Assembly: GCA_049320885.1 (NCBI GenBank)
Contig: JBMORA010000001.1
Coordinates: 146,622-210,621 of the forward strand
DNA length: 64,000 nt
Direction of reading: 5' to 3'
Source: Thermodesulfobacteriota bacterium
Lineage (GTDB): Bacteria > Desulfobacterota > Desulfobacteria > Desulfobacterales > SURF-7
Part shown: piece by piece, positions 44,514 to 57,102 of the stretch
Numbering within the stretch: position 1 is the first letter of the stretch
Layout: the number at the start of each line of letters is the position of its first letter
Made by a program: the position numbers and the translations under genes
Notes under the pieces: generated by a model
Told to the model about the DNA's origin: nothing
Seen by the model: the letters and a program-made list of their open reading frames with translations, nothing else
Databases searched by the model: none

Positions 44514-45986
44514 TTATTGATATTGATCCAGCACTTGGCGCAAAAAAGCCGGCAGACATTCCTGGTTTTGTCGCAGATACGGCAAGGCCTGGGTCATCAG
44601 CACTTCCTCGGGAGACAGTCGATCCCATTTCAAAAGCCGCCTGTAATCATCGTAATACAACATCGGCATATATACGTCCGATTTCCCCTGCATAATATCA
44701 TGACATAACCGGGCCATATATAAAACGGTCAGGTGCTCGAGTATTTCTTCCGGAATTTTTGACGGCGGCACAAAATCCGGATGGAATAAATATTCAACCG
44801 TTTGACAAACGCTTTCCGGCAGATCCCATTCTTGAACCAGCAGGGTTCCAATCTGGGAATGATCCAGTGTGTCGATGAAAACACCGATGCCGGGATAGTT
44901 GTTTTTCAAGAGGGCCATGACCAGTTGGCCGATATTGTATAGCAATCCGATTATTGCCACTTGAACCGGAGAACCTTTTTGGGAGGAACCGGATATGGCG
45001 AAAGCGATATACGACATGGTTACCGACTGGGCATGCAGACGTTCCAGGTCGGGCAAATCCGGCATGCTGTGACGAATTGCTTCCGCGACAAATGTCCGAT
45101 ACACTGTCTGAAAACCCATCTGCGATACGGCCGCGTTGATGTCCGGAAGCGGGTTGGGGAAAGCGAAATAGGATGAATTGATTTTTTTCATGACCTCATC
45201 CACCAACTGCTGTTCCCCCGCTGTCAATTCCGCTATCAATACATTGATATCGGGGGACATACTGGCGATATCCCCCATTTTCCCGAAAAACGAACTCACA
45301 AACAGCGGCAACCTGGGAATCTTTTGAATAACCGCCTTGACCACTTCCGATCTTTCCAAATCCGGCCGTTGTCCGGCTTTCGCCGCGAAAAGGGCATCGG
45401 CCAAGCGGGCGTTTTTCGTTTGCAGCGTTATTTTTTGGTTTTCCAGTTGACTTAATTTTAAAGCAGACAGATTGTTCAGGCGTTTGTAAAAATAGAGCTG
45501 GGTCTGCTTTTCCAGGGAATTGATCGTCTCCTTGTCCAGAGCCATCACGGAAGCAGGAGAATCCGCAACCGCCGTGTTCGTACGCTTTGAGCGCGCGAAA
45601 GCGGTTTCCCCCATCCAGGTCCCGGCGCTCAACCTGATGACCTCCTCCGAACGATCATCGCCCATTTGAATGATTTTGATTCTGCCTTCCAAAATCACGT
45701 AAATGCGTTGATCGATATCCCCTTCACGATACAGATAGTCGCCGGATTTCATCTTCAGAATATTGGCCATGCTGTAAAGTGTGTTCAGCTCTTTTTCGTC
45801 CAGCCCCTTGAAAATTGACTCGCGCTCCTGCTGCTTTGCCTCCGCTACCTTCGGGGTAGTCCCTTTTTCCACAATCCGCTTGCGGCCATCGTCCTTGGCC
45901 GGCTTTTTTTTGGGCCAACCGATCGGGCTCATCATTCCTTTTCCCTTATCCTCAAAGTAATCCGTTTCAGATATCTGCGAACTCAA
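44514..45986 (-). CDS. cyclic-nucleotide-binding + HDOD domain signalling protein
   Basis: YVILEG.I..GE.A..R..TAVA (cNMP-binding); INSSYF..I..AV..MG, GLLYNIG, W.LPE (HDOD); start uncertain. Confidence 0.75.
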   Translation of the reverse strand: MSSQISETDYFEDKGKGMMSPIGWPKKKPAKDDGRKRIVEKGTTPKVAEAKQQERESIFKGLDEKELNTLYSMANILKMKSGDYLYREGDIDQRIYVILEGRIKIIQMGDDRSEEVIRLSAGTWMGETAFARSKRTNTAVADSPASVMALDKETINSLEKQTQLYFYKRLNNLSALKLSQLENQKITLQTKNARLADALFAAKAGQRPDLERSEVVKAVIQKIPRLPLFVSSFFGKMGDIASMSPDINVLIAELTAGEQQLVDEVMKKINSSYFAFPNPLPDINAAVSQMGFQTVYRTFVAEAIRHSMPDLPDLERLHAQSVTMSYIAFAISGSSQKGSPVQVAIIGLLYNIGQLVMALLKNNYPGIGVFIDTLDHSQIGTLLVQEWDLPESVCQTVEYLFHPDFVPPSKIPEEILEHLTVLYMARLCHDIMQGKSDVYMPMLYYDDYRRLLKWDRLSPEEVLMTQALPYLRQNQECLPAFLRQVLDQYQ

Positions 45987-46044
45987 CCATCACCGGCATC
46001 GAATCTCAATCCATATCGGCTTGATTCGGTATCATCATCCGATA

Positions 46045-48219
46045 TTACCAGCGTGCGGCAATGCTTTCGGATGAAAGCAGGATATAATCCGCTAAAACAT
46101 TTCCACTTTCCGTCAGAATCGGATCGAATGACTCCTCCTTTTCCGGTTCCTGAATTTCTTCATTTTCCTCGTCTTCTTCGGCCTCCAGTTCCTCCGTCCC
46201 CTTCAACAATGGAAGGCCTTCCGCTTTTCTACGCATATTGGTCAGTTCCAGTCGCAATACATCCGCTTTTTTTCGTTCTTCAAGCCTTTTCTTTTCCTCC
46301 AGGGAAACCTGGGTCTGGCTTCTTGCTTCCTCCAGACGCTCCACCGCGGCCATCAAATAGCCAAACCCGGCATCGGCCCGGATCCGGTCATCATGCAGTT
46401 TTTTCAAACGCCGTATTCGTTCTTCCAGGTCCGGATACGGTTGATAAGGCACCGGAGGAATGGAGGCCCATGGCAGTGCTTCTGGAAGAGCGCTTTCACC
46501 GATTTTGCTCTGGTCGTACAGGGATGGAAATTCGATATCCGGAACAATGCCCCTGTTTTGTGTACTTGCCCCGGATATCCTGTAAAACATGCCGTGGGTC
46601 AATTTCAATTGGCCCCGTTTCAGATTCTCCAGTGTTTGGACGGTGCCCTTGCCAAAAGTCCGGCTGCCGACAACGATACCCCGGTGATAGTCCTGGACGG
46701 CGCCGGCGAATATCTCGGAAGCCGAAGCGCTGATTCGGTTGGTGATCACCACCAGCGGCCCGTCGTACAATACCGCGGGATCAGGATCATTTAAAGCCCG
46801 GATTCGTCCCCGGTCGTCCTTCACCTGAACCACGGGACCGGATTCGATAAACAGACCGGTCAGCTGATTCGCCTCCTGCAACGCGCCACCGCCATTGTCC
46901 CGCAGATCAATGACGACCCCATCGATAGCTTCCTTTCGAAACTCCTCCAGGATTCGTCGCACATCCCGCGTCGTGCTGCGGAAATCCCTTTTGCCGTTTT
47001 GATAGGCTTCGAAATCAATGTAAAAGGTGGGGATATCGATGACACCGATTCGATGGGTTTTTCCCTCCCTGCCGTTCATGACCATAACTTTTTTCTTGAC
47101 AGCCTGATCTTCCAGCTTGACCGTGTTGCGGGTGATGTTGACAATTTTTGTCTGGTGCTCATCAACCGCGTCCACGGGAATAACCTCGAGCCGGACCACG
47201 GTTTCCTTGGGTCCGCGAATTAAATCCACGACATCATCCAGACGCCAGCCGACGACATCGGTCATTTCGCCGTCAAGGCCCTGGGCCACGCCGACAATGC
47301 GATCCCCGGGTTTGAGCAGACCGGATTTGTCGGCGGGTCCGGCTGCGATCAGGCGGACGATTTTTACATATTCATCGCTGTTCTGCAGGACGGCCCCGAT
47401 TCCCTCAAGGGAAAGCCGCATCATGATATTAAAGTTTTCCGTCAACTGGGGTGAAAAATACTGGGTATGGGGGTCATAACTCTGGGTATATGCATTGATG
47501 TATATTCGAAAAACATCTTCGCTGTTTCGCTGCTTTATCCGCGTCAGTTGATTCTCATACCGTTTCTTCAAGGTGCTGCGTATTTTCTCCAGAGGCTTTC
47601 CGGCAAGACGAAGATTCAATACTTCATTTTTCAAGCGTTTGCGCCACAGGTCGTTCATTTCCTGTTCATCGGCCGGCCATGGGACTTTCTCTCTTTCAAT
47701 CTCAATCCGTTCATCGATCGAAAAATCCATTGACTCCAATTCGGTGTCAATTTGCCGGAGAACGAATTCAATCCGTTCCAGCACCCGGTGCTGATAGCGG
47801 TTGAAAATCAGATAAGCCGGTTGCAAATCGCCCTCGGACAACGCGTCGTCCAGTTGAAAACGAAAAGGCTCGAACAGCTTGATATCGCTTCCAATAAAAT
47901 AAAGATGCATGCGATCGAGCTCCGTCAGGTATCGATCATAGACCTTACTCGCAAACGCATCGTTTACATCCACATCCCTGAAATATCCCTGCTGGAGATA
48001 GGTGACAACCTCGACACTGGTTTTTGCATGCTGTTCCTCGGGAGCCAGTATGCCGGTGGAACGTTCGCTGAGAAAAGCCACATCTTCCGGAAAAGCCGAC
48101 GGTTTGATCGACGAGCGCGCTTCCGTGCAGGCGATGAACAGCAGGGTGCTGCCGGCCACAACGCCGCATACCAGGCTGCCCACCAACAACTTGAGGATTA
48201 CCCGATTCCGTATTTTCAT
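46045..48219 (-). CDS. prc: carboxy-terminal processing (tail-specific) protease, S41 family
   Basis: Start ATG 48219; DPHTQY, LEGIGAVL PDZ, DLRDNGGG, SASASEI, TFGKGTVQ. Confidence 0.93.
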   Translation of the reverse strand: MKIRNRVILKLLVGSLVCGVVAGSTLLFIACTEARSSIKPSAFPEDVAFLSERSTGILAPEEQHAKTSVEVVTYLQQGYFRDVDVNDAFASKVYDRYLTELDRMHLYFIGSDIKLFEPFRFQLDDALSEGDLQPAYLIFNRYQHRVLERIEFVLRQIDTELESMDFSIDERIEIEREKVPWPADEQEMNDLWRKRLKNEVLNLRLAGKPLEKIRSTLKKRYENQLTRIKQRNSEDVFRIYINAYTQSYDPHTQYFSPQLTENFNIMMRLSLEGIGAVLQNSDEYVKIVRLIAAGPADKSGLLKPGDRIVGVAQGLDGEMTDVVGWRLDDVVDLIRGPKETVVRLEVIPVDAVDEHQTKIVNITRNTVKLEDQAVKKKVMVMNGREGKTHRIGVIDIPTFYIDFEAYQNGKRDFRSTTRDVRRILEEFRKEAIDGVVIDLRDNGGGALQEANQLTGLFIESGPVVQVKDDRGRIRALNDPDPAVLYDGPLVVITNRISASASEIFAGAVQDYHRGIVVGSRTFGKGTVQTLENLKRGQLKLTHGMFYRISGASTQNRGIVPDIEFPSLYDQSKIGESALPEALPWASIPPVPYQPYPDLEERIRRLKKLHDDRIRADAGFGYLMAAVERLEEARSQTQVSLEEKKRLEERKKADVLRLELTNMRRKAEGLPLLKGTEELEAEEDEENEEIQEPEKEESFDPILTESGNVLADYILLSSESIAARW

Positions 48220-48262
48220 GAAACATTCTCCACTATATCCGTACAATTGCCGATGCTGGTTT

Positions 48263-48715
48263 TCATATATCGGCATCGATGGCATAGGCCTCCAACTGTT
48301 CTGGAAGAACATAGCATCCCGATATCACCTTATTCCTGACTGAAATTCCAGCCTCATGAACAGACTCCGGACGACCGGAAACCAACGGATGCCACCATTC
48401 CAATTCCTTTCCCTCCGCAAGGTATCGATAGGCACAGGTGAGCGGCATCCACTGGATGCTTTCGAGATTATGCGGCGTCAACCTCAGGCACTCCGGCTCT
48501 ATCACCGATCTCGTTTCATACGATCCGCACCGGCACTCCCATGTATCCAGATGAGGGCAGGTAACACTGGTGTAAACAACCGCACCGGTATCCGGGTCTT
48601 CGATCTTTTCCAAACAGCACCGACCGCAACCGTCACACAAGGATTCCCATTCTGCATGGGTCATTTCCGAAAGCGGCTTGATTTTCCAGAAGGGCCGGTC
48701 ATCGTTATCAGTCAT
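48263..48715 (-). CDS. YcgN (UPF0260) cysteine cluster protein
   Basis: EWESLCDGCGRCC, TCAYR, WHPLVSG. Confidence 0.92.
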   Translation of the reverse strand: MTDNDDRPFWKIKPLSEMTHAEWESLCDGCGRCCLEKIEDPDTGAVVYTSVTCPHLDTWECRCGSYETRSVIEPECLRLTPHNLESIQWMPLTCAYRYLAEGKELEWWHPLVSGRPESVHEAGISVRNKVISGCYVLPEQLEAYAIDADI

Positions 48716-49020
48716 GGATGCCTTCTCATTTACAGGTATTCCAATTTTTTGATGGAAAATGGAACCAGCTGGATCGATTCAGTGATAATATCATTATATC
48801 AATAGGATTACAAGACGTTCGAGCATGATGTCGTGTATTTTCCTGAAAATCCATTAAGAACCTGTTGCTTTTATACCATCAGTCTGTTTACATTGGTTAT
48901 GCTCGGTAACAGCAAACCTGTCGTTTGCACGTTCGGCGGGATTCAATGCCGGACGGAAACCGGCGCCACAACCGCCAAATTGTCACATAAAAAAGAATGT
49001 ATGGAAGGCTTTAATACAAC

Positions 49021-50040
49021 ATGTCCGACAAACCGGTCACGATCGAGTCTGTTGCCTATGAACTTCCCCCCCATCGCATCACTTCCGCATGGCTTGAAAA
49101 TCAGATCAGTGGTCTGCTGAACCGCCTGCGTATAACGCCAGGCCAAATCCTGGCACTGACCGGGATTCGTGAAAGACGCTTCTGGGACCCGCATGTCACA
49201 CCCAGCCAGGCAGCCACCATGGCTGCCCGAAAAGCAATTGAAAAAGCCGGAATTGCTTACCGGGATATCGGCGTCCTGGTCAGCACGTCTGTTTGCAAGG
49301 ATTATATCGAACCTTCCGTGGCCTGCCTGGTGCACCACAATTTGCAGCTCTCTCCCCACTGCCTGAATTTTGATATCGGCAATGCCTGCCTGGCATTCAT
49401 CAATGCCATTACCATCGTCGGCATGATGATCGAAAAAGGTCAGGTGGAATACGGCCTGATCGTCGATGGAGAAAGCTCCCGCCAGGTGGTGGAATCCACC
49501 ATACAAATCCTGAATTCGCCGGAATCCACGATGCAGAGCCTATCAGACCACTTCGCGACATTGACACTCGGCTCCGGCGCCGCGGCCATGGTTCTTTCCC
49601 ATCGCAACCGATCCCGGACAAACCATGTCATTCAACAGTCAGTGAGCCTGGCCGCCACGGAGCATGCGCATCTTTGCCGCGGCCAGCGGGACCAGATGAT
49701 CACCAATGCTTCGTCGGTAATGGTCAATGGGGTCAAATTGGCGCACGACACCTGGATGCTCGCCTCCAAACAAATCAGGAACTGGAGCGACGCAACCATC
49801 GATCATTATATACCCCACCAGGTCAGCCAGCGGAATATGGATGTCTTGAACCGGAAACTGGGCCTGACCCCTGAAAAACACTGCCTGACTTTCCCCTACC
49901 TCGGCAACATCGGACCTGCGGCGGTTCCGATCTCACTGGCCATTGCGGAAGAAGAAGGCCGTTTCAAGCCAGGTGACCATTTGGCCCTCATGGGTATCGG
50001 CAGCGGGCTGAACTGCACCATGATGAGCATCATCTGGTAA
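49021..50040 (+). CDS. OleA-like thiolase/3-oxoacyl-ACP synthase III family protein
   Basis: GIRERRFW, EPSVA, NACLAF, LTLGSGA, HQVS, GNIGPA, GIGSGLNC. Confidence 0.85.
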   Translation: MSDKPVTIESVAYELPPHRITSAWLENQISGLLNRLRITPGQILALTGIRERRFWDPHVTPSQAATMAARKAIEKAGIAYRDIGVLVSTSVCKDYIEPSVACLVHHNLQLSPHCLNFDIGNACLAFINAITIVGMMIEKGQVEYGLIVDGESSRQVVESTIQILNSPESTMQSLSDHFATLTLGSGAAAMVLSHRNRSRTNHVIQQSVSLAATEHAHLCRGQRDQMITNASSVMVNGVKLAHDTWMLASKQIRNWSDATIDHYIPHQVSQRNMDVLNRKLGLTPEKHCLTFPYLGNIGPAAVPISLAIAEEEGRFKPGDHLALMGIGSGLNCTMMSIIW

Positions 50041-50093
50041 CAGCCGGGACTTTTTAGCCACAGGTCAAGGTTTTGGAATGATTTTCAGGCACA

Positions 50094-53000
50094 TCAATGG
50101 AACTTGCGCTTGCGATATCCAATGGAATTGGAATTCTTTCCATCCGGTTTGGCCTCACTGCATCTCGTTTCCACGGCATCATATCCGAGCAAGCCGTTGA
50201 TCGCCGCAATCATGTCCTGGTCCGCACATAACCGATAGGTTTCCGGGAACGCGATCACCGTCTCGGTTTTACCGGGCTCTTCCAGATGCAGAAATCCGCT
50301 GCACTCACCGGATTGCTGGCAGATGATTTCCTTCAATTTTTTCAAACGGTCCGCATCCGTCCTGGTTAGATCGATTCGTACGTGAACACTCCCGGTCCAG
50401 GTCTCTGCCGCGTCTTCCACGCGAACGATCATATTCACCAGAAGCTTGCTACCGTTTTCTTCTTTTTGCACTTCCCCCTGGAGCAGCACGGCCTTGTCTT
50501 CCATCAGCAAATCCGCATACGCCTCATACTCTTTTGGAAAAACAACGGCTTCAACCGCTCCGTTCATATCCTCCAGGGAGACAAAGGCCATCAAATCTCC
50601 TTTCTTCGTTCTCGTTCGTTTGATTCCCCGGATGATTCCGCCGATCCGAACCACGGATTTGTCGGCGACCTCATTGAGCGCCACGGCATCGGTATTGGCG
50701 AATTTCCGCAGCACCGGCTGGTACCGCTCCAACGGATGGCCGCTGATATAAAATCCAAGGGCCTCCTTTTCCAGATGAAGACGCTCCTTCTCATCCCATT
50801 CATCCACCATGGGAAGTGACGGCTTGTTCAATTGAATGGCGGCGCCCCCCCCCATATCAAACAACCCCATTTGGGGATCCGCTTTTTCCCTCTGCAATTT
50901 TTGCCCGTAATCCAGGGCATCCTCCAGAGCCGCCGTCATTCGGGCCCGATTTTGCCCGGTACAATCAAATGCCCCGCATTTGATCAGGCTCTCCACCACC
51001 CGTTTGTTGACTTTTCGCAGGTCGACCCGTTCACAGAAATCGAACAGATCCGTAAAAGGCCCGTTTTTTCTCTCTTCAATAATGGCATCAATTGCCGTTT
51101 CGCCGACATTCTTCACCGCCACCAGGCCGAATCGGATCTCATTCCCCATCACCGTGAAGGTCTTGTCGCTCTCGTTGATGCTCGGCGGAAGCACCTGAAT
51201 TCCATGGCTGCGGCATTCCGAGATATATTTGACGACACTTTCCGAAGACTGCATCTCGCTCGTCAGTAACGCCGCCATGAACTCAACCGGAAAATGCGTT
51301 TTGAGAAAAGCGGTCTGGTAGGCGATCAATGCATAGGCGGCGCTATGGGATTTATTGAATCCATATCCTCCAAATTTTTCCATCAAATCGAATATTTGTG
51401 ATGATTTGTCCTCCGGCAGATTTTTCCCGATGGCCCCTTTCAGAAACTTGTCCCGATTCTTGGCCATGGTCTCGGGATCCTTTTTTCCCATGGCTTTCCG
51501 CAACCCATCCGCTTCGGCCATGGAATAGTTCGCCAATTCACTGGCGATTTTCATCACCTGTTCCTGGTACAGGATCACGCCATAGGTTTCCTTCAGAATC
51601 GGCTCCAGCTCCGGCAGCAGATATACAACCGGTTTTCGGCCGTGCTTGCACTCCACGTAATCGCTCACCATGCCGCTGTCCAGAGGGCCGGGACGGTACA
51701 GTGCCACGAGGGCCGTGACATCAGCAAAATTTTCCGGCTTCAACCGCACCAGAAGTTCCTTCATCCCTGAGCTTTCCAGCTGAAAAACCCCGGTTGTGTC
51801 ACCTTTGGACAACAATCGATAGGTCTCCTGGTCGCCCAGATCCAATTCAGCCAACACCGGAGGAGTCTTGCCCTGTTTCCTGATCAGCGTCAGGGTGTCT
51901 TCGATGACGGTCAGGTTGCGCAGACCAAGGAAATCGAATTTAACCAAGCCGATTTTTTCAACCCGCTTCATGTCAAGCTGGGTGACAACCTCCCCCTTTT
52001 TCCCCCGATACAACGGGAGATACTCCACCAGCGGCTTGTCACCGATGACCACACCCGCGGCATGGGTGGACGCATGCCGGGGCAATCCTTCCAGCACTCT
52101 GCAAATCTGCATCAGATTGGCGATATCCGGACGACTGCCGGCCAGCTCTCTCAGTTTCGGCTCCTGCTCCAGGGCCTCATCCAGGCTGATATTCAAGGTA
52201 TCCGGCACCATTTTCGCGATGGCATCCACTTCCGACAAGGGGATATCCAGAGCGCGGCCGACATCCCGGATCACCGCCCGGGTTTTCAATTTTCCATACG
52301 TAATGATCTGAGCTACATAATCCCCCCCGCCATACCGCTCCACTACGTATTTGAACACTTTTTCCCGGCCGTTGATGCAGAAATCCACATCGATATCCGG
52401 CATGCTGATCCGGGCCGGATTTAAAAACCGCTCAAAGATCAGACCATGTTCAATGGGATCCAGATCGGTAATACCCAGCGAATACGCCACAATGCTGCCG
52501 GCTGCCGAGCCTCTTCCCGGTCCCACCGGCACCTTGTTTTCTTTGCCGAAACGAATGAAATCCGCCACAATCAGGAAATATCCGGTAAACCCCATGCGCT
52601 TGATCATTTCGATCTCATACTCAAGGCGCTCGTCATAGGGTTTCTGATCCAGGGAGGGCTTTTTTTCCCGCAATTTCCTCAACCGGTTGAGATATCCCTT
52701 GCGAACCTCCTGCTCGAACAATTCATCGGGGGTGTGGGTCTCATCCTTGCTGAAACGGGGAAAATGATAGGTGTTGAAATCGAATTCAACCTCACAACGG
52801 TCGGCGATTTTTACCGTATTTTCAATGGCGCCCGGATATTGCCCCAGGGTCGCCCGCATTTCCTGCCCGGACTTGAAATACAACTGGTCGGTGCTGAAAC
52901 GAAACCGGTCGGTTTCGTTTACCGTTTTCCCGGTCTGGATACAGAGGAGCACGTCATGGGCGCGGACATCCTCTTTTTTCAGATAATGGCAGTCGTTGGT

Positions 53001-53629
53001 CGCCACCATGGGGATGGAAAGCCGGCCGCTGATATCCAGCAAAGCGGCGTTCACCTGGTTCTGGACATCGATTCCATTGTGCTGCACCTCCAGGAAAAAA
53101 TTGTTCTCACCGAAAACTTCTTGATAAAACCGGGCCGCGGCTTCCGCTTCCGATATTTTCCCGGCTTTGATCAGCTGCGGTATTTCACCATGCAGGCAGG
53201 CGGACAGAGCGATCAAACCCCGGTGATGCTCCTTCAACACCGATTTATCGATTCGCGGGCGGTAGTAAAAACCATCCAGCTGTGCGATGGTCGCCAGTTT
53301 GCACAGGTTGCGATACCCCTCCATATTTTCCGCCAGAAGAACGATATGGCTGACCCCCTTGCTGTCAAAGGGGGTTTTATCCCGGAGGCTCCGCGGGGCG
53401 ATATAGCATTCACAGCCGACAATCGGTTTGATATTGGCTTTCAGCGCTTTTTCATAAAATTCCACAACACCGAACATCGTCCCGTGATCCGTTATCGCCA
53501 CGGAATTCATATGAAATTCCCTGGCCTGACCGAGAAGAGCGGAAAGACGGATGGCGCCGTCCAGCAGGCTGTACTCGGTATGAACATGCAGGTGGACGAA
53601 ATCGGGCTGTTCGGTTCCCATTTGAGACA

Positions 53630-53630
<1 letters not shown>
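50094..53630 (-). CDS. dnaE: DNA polymerase III alpha subunit
   Basis: HLHVHTEYSLLDG, GRGSAAGS, MPDIDVDF, YGFNKSH; start overlaps the guaB stop (TAATG). Confidence 0.98.
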
Positions 53631-55942
<2,312 letters not shown>

Positions 55943-56047
55943 CAGCGGAACAGCGCGGGATGGCGCTGGCATTCCAGCTGTTGGGATACGCGATACGACC
56001 TTTTCCCCCCGGGGTGTCCGGTTTCAGGCAAGTCCGAAAGCCGGCCT

Positions 56048-56938
56048 TCAGGGCCTCGGTTCGTACCGGTATTCGGCGGCGATGTCGGACCGTGACAGGC
56101 GGCTGAAAAGGCTGTCCAGGGAGGACTCGGTCAGGTACTGCAAAAAAGACAGGGGCTTTTCTTCCGGATACACCGTCGAAATTTTCCCCTTGATCCCGCC
56201 CAGCCTCCCGGCCCATTCAACAGCATCCTCGAAATTACCGGTGCGGTCGACCAATCCCAGCATTTTTGCTTCCTCTCCGGAGAAAATCCTGCCGTCCGCC
56301 AGTTTCCCCATTTGCAGGGGATCCATTTTTCTTCCAAGGGAAACATCCTGCACGAACTGGCGATGGATCGTATCCACAAATTTCTGAAGGATTTCTTTCT
56401 CCGGGGCCGTCATTTCGCGCAAGGGTGACCCGATATCCTTATACTCACCACTTTTGATGACAATGGGCAGCAGACCGATCTTTTGAAAAATTTCACGGAA
56501 ATTGGTGTATCCCATAATCACACCGATGCTGCCGGTTATTGTCCCGGGATTGGCGACGATGCCGTCCGATGCGGCGGCGATGTAATAACCGCCGGAAGCA
56601 GCCACGGAACCCATGGAGGCGATCACTTTCTTTTTTTCGATGGTTTTTCGAACCTCCCGGTAGATTTCCTGGGATGGTCCCACTGCCCCGCCCGGGGAAT
56701 CGATGCGCAATACGATGGCTTTGATACTCTCATCCTCACGATATTCCTTGAGCTGCCGAACCGTATCCTTGGATTCCATGATGACCCCTTCGATTTCCAC
56801 AATGCCCACCGTGTCACCGGCAAAGGATGGGGATTTTTGAACGCCGACGATCAGCATGGTCATGGTCACGAACATGCCGGAAACGATGGCCGTGAAAACC
56901 AGGATAAAAAAAAGATAGGGGTGTCTTCTTGAAAACAT
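56048..56938 (-). CDS. sppA: signal peptide peptidase (short form)
   Basis: RIDSPGG, AASGGYY, TGSIGV, KSG.YKD. Confidence 0.95.
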   Translation of the reverse strand: MFSRRHPYLFFILVFTAIVSGMFVTMTMLIVGVQKSPSFAGDTVGIVEIEGVIMESKDTVRQLKEYREDESIKAIVLRIDSPGGAVGPSQEIYREVRKTIEKKKVIASMGSVAASGGYYIAAASDGIVANPGTITGSIGVIMGYTNFREIFQKIGLLPIVIKSGEYKDIGSPLREMTAPEKEILQKFVDTIHRQFVQDVSLGRKMDPLQMGKLADGRIFSGEEAKMLGLVDRTGNFEDAVEWAGRLGGIKGKISTVYPEEKPLSFLQYLTESSLDSLFSRLSRSDIAAEYRYEPRP

Positions 56939-56993
56939 AATCCGATCATGACCTCGTTTTCTATGATTTCATTCCGCTGCCGGAACACACAAC

Positions 56994-57070
56994 AAAAAAG
57001 CGCCAGCCCGGTGAATCGTTCCTGCCGGCAATGGATTGCGCGGCAGGAACGACATGCGGCTAACGCTTTT
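56994..57070 (-). terminator. long hairpin/terminator after rpsA
   Basis: Inner stem TCGTTCCTGCCG..CGGCAGGAACGA (57016-57052), outer AAAAGCG/CGCTTTT, U-tract on the minus strand. Confidence 0.6.
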
Positions 57071-57102
57071 ATGGTTTGTTCGGACTGAAACCAGGTTTCC
57101 AG

